From contig JAGDCK010000097.1 of the NCBI GenBank assembly GCA_017958585.1, positions 1 to 32,612 of the forward strand: 32,612 nucleotides of DNA, read 5' to 3'. A model generated the notes under the pieces. It searched no databases and was not told the DNA's origin. It worked only from the letters and a program-made list of their open reading frames with translations. Positions within the stretch are counted from its first letter, which is position 1, and each line of letters starts with the position of its first letter. This document shows positions 1 to 7,041 of this stretch, one piece after another. A program made the position numbers and the translations under genes. This stretch comes from Lachnospiraceae bacterium (GTDB lineage Bacteria > Bacillota > Clostridia > Lachnospirales > Lachnospiraceae).

Positions 1-96
1 TAGACATGTAATTGCTGGTGAGTATTGACATGTAAAATTTTGATATGAACATAATCATACAAAACAGTGTAAATATATGAAGATCATAATATAAGG

Positions 97-127
97 AAGA
101 GAGTGTCGCGTGCGGCATTCTCTTTTT
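97..127 (+). terminator. Candidate Rho-independent terminator of a transcript that starts at or before the window edge
   Basis: Stem aagagagtg (97-105) pairs with cattctctt (116-124, one G-U pair). The loop is 10 nt and a T-run extends to 127. No long ORF lies upstream in the window. Confidence 0.35.
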
Positions 128-340
128 GTATTCTCTTTCCTATATTATTCATATATTTTGGAAACGATCCTGCGCTTAAACCGCTAAAATATAAAAAAAA
201 CAAAAATATTCTTTCCGTTTCAAAATAGTTTTTCTGTACAATATCGCTACAAATAATCCCGACATGTCCAAAACCTACTCTACACATAGGTTTTAAAACA
301 AAGTGGTTAAAAAAACATTTATTTTTCAATTGTATTATGC

Positions 341-374
341 TGTAACTGCTTTGTAACAAGGTAAATACTATTAT
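341..374 (+). promoter_or_regulatory. Conserved promoter/operator block upstream of the first surface-protein gene
   Basis: The block tGTAACtGcTTTGTAACA-N10-TATTAT contains GTAAC at 342 and 353 (11-nt period) and TTGTAA 351-356, a 12-nt spacer, then TATTAT 369-374. The same block with identical spacing recurs at 2820-2853. It lies 33 nt upstream of the ATG at 408. Confidence 0.4.
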
Positions 375-407
375 TTTGATTACAAAGGAATAGTATAGGT
401 GACCTTT

Positions 408-2744
408 ATGGACAAAAAAGTCAACAGCAAACCCGCTGGGTTCGAAAAAGATGAGAAAGAATCTCTGATCATAGCTTTCGTGGTTTGCGCAATTGTGATC
501 CTCGCAGTTGTGTTGGCTTGCGTTGCGATTGCCCATCATAAAAAGCAGGTGGGCAGCGGTCCTGTTGCAGGCACCACCGAAACTGTTGAAGCCGATACCG
601 CAGAAGCCGAAAACACAGCAGAAAACCTGGGATACGTAATAGTAACAAATCAGGAAGAACTGGATGCGGCCCTTGAAAAATACGGTATGGAAGCAACAGA
701 GATCATTATACAGACAGATGAAGAGCAGTCACTATTAATTCAGTCCGGTGATTATGCGGCTCTTGATCTTACAATAGATGCACCCAATACCGAGATAGAA
801 AACTACGGTATATTCAATCTTATAACAATTCTACAGATCGCTTCCAATACATGGACGGAGCGTATAAGCGGAAACTCATTCTCACTTAATTCCGCGGCAA
901 CTCATATGATAGTTCCCGCAGGAATCGAGGTTACCAGGATCGAGAATATGCAGGCAGGCTCTACAGTGGCACTGGAAATTGATGGTACGGTAAACATGCT
1001 TACAATGTCATCACCCAATTCCATCGTGTCAGTTAAAGTGGAAGGATCTCTGAAACAGGTCGTACTTAATTCCATGGCAAATCTTACTTTGTCGGGAAGT
1101 ACAGGCCTGAAGACAGCCATAGATCTTGGCTTTGATGCGGACAACTCAGTTATCAGTACCACAATTCCAGTAAATGTGGCGAATTACTCAGACCTCACAT
1201 TTACCGCAGAGGGCGGCTCCGAAGGATCCACAGTATCCATTAAGAGCAGCACCAAGTCCACCACAGTAAGTAATAACACTTCAGAAGTGATCGAAGTAAT
1301 AACAGTGGACGGAACATCTCAGCTTGTTGAGAGCGGTAAGGAAGGCATTGTATTTGCAGCTGATACAGGTACTGATGAAGGAACTGACCAATCTGCAGGC
1401 GCAGATGGCGGATCAAATTCCTCCGCAAATACTTCCACAGGAAATACAAACACGACAACAACTACAAACAGTGGCAGCAGCACAAGAACCTCAAGCTCTT
1501 CGTCTAGTACGAGAACTTACTCCTCCTCAGGTTCGGGAACTACTACCACTTCCAATTCATCCACCACTACTGCGACAGGTACCGGAACGGCTTCATCTGC
1601 TTCCTCATCTTCGGATGCAGCAAAGAAGGAAAATGTTCAGTCAGGTGAGGGATATACAAAGACCGAAGTTGATGCACTCTTGTCTGACAAGGATAAGAAA
1701 ATTGAAAGTCTGGAAAATACAGTGACTTCACTGCAGGCGTTCATCGATTCCCTGACTTATCCGACCATCATAGGCTTCAACACATCGGCAACCTACAACG
1801 CAGGCTACTTTGGAGCGGTTAAATCCTTGAACACACTGCTGACGGAATTCCCCACAAGCGTGCAGGGCTACACCGCTGAAGGATTTACGGTAACTTATCC
1901 CGTAACGGAGTGGACCAATGTTGACGGTTACAGTCTGAGCGCATCGGAAGGTGCCTACAGATTCAGAGCAGTCCTTGGAAACAGCTCGGTTCCAAGTGTC
2001 ATAAACAGTGACACTTACGCGTATGTAACGGTATATGTAAAGAATTTTGCAAACATTGCATATGCAAATACCTATACACAGAATGCTGTTACTGTTGAAA
2101 GCTACGAGGTAGCTGATTATGCAAAAGCATATGAAGGAACAGGAGTAGGATCATATTCAGATGTATTTGTCATTACAAATGTATCATCGGATCTGATTTA
2201 TATCAGTTCATCCGTATTTTATTATTCCGCTACGGAGACGATGGTTGCAGAGGATGACATTTTGGACAGCAGATTCCTTCAACCCGGTGAGAGGGTCGTA
2301 TGTTACAGACCCGATCCGGCAGTGCTTGATTTTACCAATTATCTGGTGAACATCACAGCATCGGCTACAAGCATCGGACCTGCCGTAAAAGTGTTTGATC
2401 ATACCAATCAAACCGCAGAATTCTTTGCATTTGATGCAGAGCTTGACGATGACGGATATCCGACAGGCTTGTACAAAGCAGAGTTTAAGAATGCAACGGA
2501 GCAGCGCATGAGTGAGGTTGCCCTGACAGTTCTGTACTTTGATACCACCGGTAAGATTTGCGGTGTGGAGACACACAGGACCGGAGATATGGAAAATGAA
2601 GTGCAGATACCTTCTATCAACAACCAGACCTACAGAGTTGACATAGATTATACAACTCCGCAGATCGTGGTCAACGGAAGCAACCAGGCACTCACAGGTA
2701 TCTACAAGACCATAGTTACAGGCGGTTTTTTAAGAGATGACTAG
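408..2744 (+). CDS. Membrane-anchored surface protein, function unknown. It has an N-terminal TM or signal anchor, a repetitive beta-rich region, a Ser/Thr-rich linker, a short coiled coil and a C-terminal beta-rich region. No LPXTG signal.
   Basis: Long ORF (track 399..2744). I prefer the ATG at 408 because AGGTGA at 397-402 sits 5 nt upstream. A hydrophobic segment LIIAFVVCAIVILAVVLACVAIA lies near the N-terminus. The linker reads SSTRTSSSSSSTRTYSSSGSGTTTTSNSSTTTATGTGTASSASSSS. The protein ends ...TGGFLRDD with no sorting signal. Confidence 0.8.
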   Translation: MDKKVNSKPAGFEKDEKESLIIAFVVCAIVILAVVLACVAIAHHKKQVGSGPVAGTTETVEADTAEAENTAENLGYVIVTNQEELDAALEKYGMEATEIIIQTDEEQSLLIQSGDYAALDLTIDAPNTEIENYGIFNLITILQIASNTWTERISGNSFSLNSAATHMIVPAGIEVTRIENMQAGSTVALEIDGTVNMLTMSSPNSIVSVKVEGSLKQVVLNSMANLTLSGSTGLKTAIDLGFDADNSVISTTIPVNVANYSDLTFTAEGGSEGSTVSIKSSTKSTTVSNNTSEVIEVITVDGTSQLVESGKEGIVFAADTGTDEGTDQSAGADGGSNSSANTSTGNTNTTTTTNSGSSTRTSSSSSSTRTYSSSGSGTTTTSNSSTTTATGTGTASSASSSSDAAKKENVQSGEGYTKTEVDALLSDKDKKIESLENTVTSLQAFIDSLTYPTIIGFNTSATYNAGYFGAVKSLNTLLTEFPTSVQGYTAEGFTVTYPVTEWTNVDGYSLSASEGAYRFRAVLGNSSVPSVINSDTYAYVTVYVKNFANIAYANTYTQNAVTVESYEVADYAKAYEGTGVGSYSDVFVITNVSSDLIYISSSVFYYSATETMVAEDDILDSRFLQPGERVVCYRPDPAVLDFTNYLVNITASATSIGPAVKVFDHTNQTAEFFAFDAELDDDGYPTGLYKAEFKNATEQRMSEVALTVLYFDTTGKICGVETHRTGDMENEVQIPSINNQTYRVDIDYTTPQIVVNGSNQALTGIYKTIVTGGFLRDD

Positions 2745-2819
2745 CAGATATATAAAAAAGGAATAAAAAAACCACGAAAAACAATAATTTTTAAAAAAAT
2801 TTTTAAATTATTAAATTTT

Positions 2820-2853
2820 CGTAACCGTTTTGTAACACCATGTGCTTTATTAT
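2820..2853 (+). promoter_or_regulatory. Conserved promoter/operator block upstream of the pilin operon (second copy)
   Basis: The block cGTAACcGtTTTGTAACA-N10-TATTAT contains GTAAC at 2821 and 2832, TTGTAA 2830-2835, a 12-nt spacer and TATTAT 2848-2853. It lies 36 nt upstream of the ATG at 2890. It mirrors 341-374. Confidence 0.4.
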
Positions 2854-2889
2854 GAACCTAACATAGATGTAGGTTCGAGGGGAAGAAAC

Positions 2890-4584
2890 ATGAAAAAGCA
2901 GTCTATTGGAAAAAACTTAATAGCTGCGATGATGGTTTTAACCGGCTTGTTTACGAACTCGATCACAGCTTTTGGAGCCGACAAAGGAACTCTTTCAATA
3001 GAAGGAGTCCTGGAGGTGGATGAAGTAGTCATCTACAAGATAGTCGGTTACGACAGTGTAACAGGATACGAATTCAACGAAGCTGTTACAGACTGGATAG
3101 AAGATAAGGGAACGGATTACAAAGGACTTACACCGGCAAAGCTTTTCCAGATGACGGAAGAAAGAGCCGAAGAGTTTTTTGAACTTCTCTTAACAGGATC
3201 CAGAGGAGAGACACAGGAAGATGAAGTCGAAAAGATTTCAGATTCACCGCTCTTCCATAAAACCTACATTGGCAGTGAAGATTATGATATAGCGATGGAC
3301 CCGGGATTCTACCTGATACTTCCAATCGGAGAGAACAGGATCTACAAAATGAAATGGACAAAGATCTCCGCCGGCGAAGAAGTAGAGTTAAGCTACACAG
3401 ACAATGAAGATTACATCTACCCCACCATCGAGAATACACTTACAAAAGAAGACGAAGTTGAATCCGAAGAACCTGAGGATTCAATATTCGCAGTTAAAGA
3501 TGACACGATAACAGTTACATCAGAGATAAGTCTTCCACAGTATCCGGATATCTACTCCAGAGGAAAGACAGTAGAAAATATATACATCCTGATACCTGAA
3601 GACATCACTTACATAGAAGACTCCTTCGACATCACATTAGATGATGATTTATACGGAGAGCAAAGCTTCACAGAAGCTACGATCTACAGAGACAGCGAAG
3701 GAAAAGAGATCCTCTTTGAAAGTGAAGACTGGTTCTACAACCTGGACGGCAGTACAGTAAACGAACCGGATCTGACAGAACTCACGGAGGATGAGGGTTA
3801 CACCATCAAGGTTATATCTCTCGATACAGAGGAGGCTATCGAGAGTTTAACAATAGAGTATCAGCTTTTAAAAGATGATACTTCAAACGACACAGGGATT
3901 TATGAAACGGATGTGGGAATCATCTACAGCATAAGCCCAATGAACACAAACCTTCACGGAAACCTGAAACAACCGGCAACAGTTAATTCTTACGGAATAA
4001 GCGCTACAGTTTGTGAAGGCACCGGTTACACACAAAACAGTGACCGGGAAGAGGTTCTCGAAAATGCCAGGAGACTTGGCGGAGCAACCTTTATGATCTA
4101 CAAATTCACAGGAAAGACTTACGAAGGAGATTTAACAGACAGCCTTGGACATTCCGGTACAGAAGGAGGAGATGCGGTTGGCGAAAATGAAGATGAGGGT
4201 AACGTAAAATATTACGAGTACGATCGTGACAGAAACTTAACCATCGAATATGAACAGGTTAAACAGATCACATGCGACTCACAAGGCGTTGCCAATATAG
4301 GAGGTCTTGATAAAGCGGCATACATGATACGCCAGACAGGATTTCCCAATGGTTATGAATACGCAATCGTCAGTCTCTACATCACCGATTCAGCTTGGGA
4401 TGATGAAGACGTAATGGAAGGCAATTACATAATTAGTACTCTCTGGTTGGATTATCCCACGGTTTATCTACCTGAAACCGGAAAGAGAGGAATCGGAGGT
4501 TATGTACTTGCAGGAATTTTAATATCAGGTTTCGCTCTTATAGAATTAATAGCAAATAAGTACTCATTCGATAAACATCACTAA
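2890..4584 (+). CDS. LPETG-anchored, acidic pilin-like surface protein (candidate minor, tip or basal pilin)
   Basis: ATG at 2890 follows GAGGGGAAG, so the track's 2842 start is an upstream extension. Signal peptide: MKKQSIGKNLIAAMMVLTGLFTNSITAFGA. C-terminal sorting signal: LPETG (4468-4482), hydrophobic helix, then NKYSFDKHH. The N-terminal region (VVIYKIVGY..., GFYLILPIGENRIY) is paralogous to the downstream pilins. A CnaB-like LGGATFMIYKF motif is present. Confidence 0.85.
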   Translation: MKKQSIGKNLIAAMMVLTGLFTNSITAFGADKGTLSIEGVLEVDEVVIYKIVGYDSVTGYEFNEAVTDWIEDKGTDYKGLTPAKLFQMTEERAEEFFELLLTGSRGETQEDEVEKISDSPLFHKTYIGSEDYDIAMDPGFYLILPIGENRIYKMKWTKISAGEEVELSYTDNEDYIYPTIENTLTKEDEVESEEPEDSIFAVKDDTITVTSEISLPQYPDIYSRGKTVENIYILIPEDITYIEDSFDITLDDDLYGEQSFTEATIYRDSEGKEILFESEDWFYNLDGSTVNEPDLTELTEDEGYTIKVISLDTEEAIESLTIEYQLLKDDTSNDTGIYETDVGIIYSISPMNTNLHGNLKQPATVNSYGISATVCEGTGYTQNSDREEVLENARRLGGATFMIYKFTGKTYEGDLTDSLGHSGTEGGDAVGENEDEGNVKYYEYDRDRNLTIEYEQVKQITCDSQGVANIGGLDKAAYMIRQTGFPNGYEYAIVSLYITDSAWDDEDVMEGNYIISTLWLDYPTVYLPETGKRGIGGYVLAGILISGFALIELIANKYSFDKHH

Positions 4585-4606
4585 AAGATTTGAAAGGAGA
4601 AATATT

Positions 4607-7021
4607 ATGAAAGGATTAGCAAAGAGACTAATAGCAGTAGCCGCAGCATCTATAATGATACTCAGCAGTGCCATTACTGTTCTTGCAGACAGCAATGTTA
4701 CTCTTATCACAAGATCATCTGTTGCAGGTGCTGTTCAGGTAACAAAGACCAGTACTTCATCAATGAGCTTAACAGTTAAACGTACAGGCGATACATTCAA
4801 TGTATATCAGATCGCAAAGATCGTTTGGTCCGAAAGCGCAACCACAGGAGCAGTTAACGTATCCATAGCATGGAACGATGCAATCGCTGCCTGGTTACCC
4901 GCAAACGGATTTACCGATGCGAAGTTCACATCACCTGAAAGCCTGGCAAGAAGTGCAGATGAATCAGCTATCATCGAGATGCTCAGAGCATTCAAGGATG
5001 ACGAAACACTTATGCAGACACTTGCAGCAGATTACCTTGCAGCAGCTCACACAGATTCAACAGACATGACAGCAGGTAACTCAGCAAATGTTACACACGG
5101 AACAGACTTTACTTACAATATCACAGGACTTGGATTTGGTCTTTACTTCGTAGATGCAGACAACTCACAGAGAGATTACCAGCCTTTGATGGTAGAGCTT
5201 ATGCCTGAGCAGACAGGTCCTTCCGGAAACTGGTACATGCCTGAAAACGGAACAAGTGCTTCTCTCAAATACGAAGATATCTACATCACAAAGACAATGA
5301 ACAAGAATACCACAGCAATGGGTATTGCATCACAGGGTGCTTACGATGTAGTAAGAGCAGGTGAGATCACAAGCTTCGAAGTTTTTGTAGCAGTTCCTCA
5401 GTACCTTAAAGATTCATCAGGAAATTATACATACACACTTTACAACGCAATCGATATTATGGCAAAGGGATACAAGCTTGTTTCTTCATCCGCAAAGATC
5501 TTCTTCAAGGATAAAGATGGAAACGAGATCCATCCCGAAGCAATTCCAACACCTGATATATACGGAAACATCACAGTATCAGACAAAGATGTAGTTTATA
5601 CAGCAATCCTTGCAACCGACGCACATGTATATCACATAGCAGGAAACGAAGACGATATCATCTACGGTGTTGACACCAATGATAACGGCGTTGAAAAGAT
5701 CAAATACTACGGAGCAGTTAACGGAAAACTTGAGTCTCTCGGTATTTTGACAAATACATCAGCTAACTGGACAGTAGCATTAAACGCTTATAATACTAAG
5801 CTTGCAGCAGTCGGTTTACCTACTTATACAGGAACAGTTGAAGAGAGAGATTACAAAAAATCAGTTATCTCCATCAAGTTCGATTATACAAAGCTCATGA
5901 CAGAGTGGACCTATGGCGAATTCTTTACAGCAGACGAATTGGCAACTATAGGTAAAGCAGCAGACGAAGTATTCGTTCCCGACACATGGAGAACAACATA
6001 CGATACATATATCAATGACGAGTCATATCTCGGAACAGATGACAATACCAATGTTGCTACAGTTTACTACATCGAAGATACGACCGGAAAGATCAACACA
6101 ACATCAGTAGAGACAAAGGCTTGGACCTATGGTGCACAGATCATCAAGTTGGACGGAAGTACAACAGAGGATCCTGCAGGACCTACATATCTGGCAGGTG
6201 CAGTATTTGATATTTACAGACTGGATGACACATATTGTAATACAACAGCAACAAATAAGGCATCAGTACCTACAGCATCAGATTACAGCAGCTTCGTATG
6301 GTACTCAGATTATGAAGAGCACGCTTCATATGCAACTTCATACCAGGCATGGCTCGGATTTGTAGTGAAAACTCTTCAGTATCACTACCTGTTAAGCGGA
6401 GTTACAGATGCTCCAACGATCCAGACAGCTATTGTAACTGCAACATCAGCAAACCACAATTACAATACACTTGATCTTTTCATCAACAAGTATGCAGCAA
6501 GAGCTAATAATGAGAATTATGCAGATGTGATCCTTCCTTATGCATCATCCATCAAAGCTCAGTACATTCCCGTTTGGGTAGGACCTAATGAGTGCGAGAA
6601 CAGCAGTGCTCCTCACTATCACATGCAGGCTTACGTAGGATTCATGACAGATATCACATCAGAAGCTGATGCAGATGGTATTACAGTATCAGGACTTGAT
6701 CCTACAACATACCTCTTAGTTGAGACAAAGGCTCCTGACGGATACAACGAACTTTCAGAAGCATTACAGTTTAAAATCGACTACTATACTGAATCTGATT
6801 ACGCAAACGAAGGCAATACTTACAAGGGATTCATAGACGATGAAAACAACAAGATAACAAACGGTATTTATACATTACAGGTTGAAAACTTTACTGGACT
6901 TACACTTCCTTCAACCGGTGGAATCGGTACCACGATCTTTACCGGAATGGGTATTGCGGTTATGTTCTTAGCACTTATCTTAGTGGTAATGAAAAATCGT
7001 AAGACCAAGGAAGAATATTAA
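4607..7021 (+). CDS. Sortase-dependent pilin, module A (LPSTG sorting signal, CnaB-type C-terminal domain with E-box)
   Basis: RBS AAAGGAG lies upstream. Signal peptide: MKGLAKRLIAVAAASIMILSSAITVLA. Motifs: IIKLDG...YLAGAVFDIY, and the E-box LLVETKAPDGYNEL. The last strand VENFTG is followed by LPSTGG (6905-6919), a TM helix and MKNRKTKEEY. Confidence 0.9.
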   Translation: MKGLAKRLIAVAAASIMILSSAITVLADSNVTLITRSSVAGAVQVTKTSTSSMSLTVKRTGDTFNVYQIAKIVWSESATTGAVNVSIAWNDAIAAWLPANGFTDAKFTSPESLARSADESAIIEMLRAFKDDETLMQTLAADYLAAAHTDSTDMTAGNSANVTHGTDFTYNITGLGFGLYFVDADNSQRDYQPLMVELMPEQTGPSGNWYMPENGTSASLKYEDIYITKTMNKNTTAMGIASQGAYDVVRAGEITSFEVFVAVPQYLKDSSGNYTYTLYNAIDIMAKGYKLVSSSAKIFFKDKDGNEIHPEAIPTPDIYGNITVSDKDVVYTAILATDAHVYHIAGNEDDIIYGVDTNDNGVEKIKYYGAVNGKLESLGILTNTSANWTVALNAYNTKLAAVGLPTYTGTVEERDYKKSVISIKFDYTKLMTEWTYGEFFTADELATIGKAADEVFVPDTWRTTYDTYINDESYLGTDDNTNVATVYYIEDTTGKINTTSVETKAWTYGAQIIKLDGSTTEDPAGPTYLAGAVFDIYRLDDTYCNTTATNKASVPTASDYSSFVWYSDYEEHASYATSYQAWLGFVVKTLQYHYLLSGVTDAPTIQTAIVTATSANHNYNTLDLFINKYAARANNENYADVILPYASSIKAQYIPVWVGPNECENSSAPHYHMQAYVGFMTDITSEADADGITVSGLDPTTYLLVETKAPDGYNELSEALQFKIDYYTESDYANEGNTYKGFIDDENNKITNGIYTLQVENFTGLTLPSTGGIGTTIFTGMGIAVMFLALILVVMKNRKTKEEY
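6896..6932 (+). repeat. Sorting-signal DNA repeat, copy 1 (37 nt)
   Basis: The sequence ggacttacacttccttcaaccggtggaatcggtacca is identical to copy 3 and differs from copy 2 at 2 positions. Confidence 0.9.
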
Positions 7022-7041
7022 GAGAGGGGAAGGTGATCAAT

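Noticed and set aside
84-539. A 151-aa ORF on the minus strand spanning the AT-rich upstream region and the 5' end of the first gene.
   Set aside because: It runs antisense across a promoter region and a well-supported + strand start. It has no RBS and a low-complexity, hydrophobic composition typical of AT-rich noise.
1440-1620. A repetitive DNA stretch that might look like a tandem repeat or array.
   Set aside because: It is imperfect codon-level low complexity encoding an S/T/G/N linker. It has no fixed repeat unit or spacers, so it is not a CRISPR array or a minisatellite.
1240-1725. Alternative-frame ORFs (1324..1725 +, 1240..1461 -) inside the Ser/Thr-rich linker of the first gene.
   Set aside because: These are shadows of the repetitive AGC/ACx/TCx codon run. 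Their products are Q/L/R-rich nonsense and the main frame is continuous through the region.
2745-2819. An A/T-only tract (aatttttaaaaaaatttttaaatt...) after the first gene, considered as a terminator or repeat.
   Set aside because: It has no GC-containing stem and is not a true palindrome when reverse-complemented. It is most simply AT-rich spacer or curved DNA upstream of the pilin promoter.
2842-2889. Upstream-extended starts offered by the ORF track (2842, 7033, 17382, 18131, 21286, 22942, 29457).
   Set aside because: In each case a downstream ATG has a proper Shine-Dalgarno sequence at 5-10 nt and begins a sensible N-terminus, either a signal peptide or a conserved family N-terminus. The extensions overlap upstream genes or terminators.
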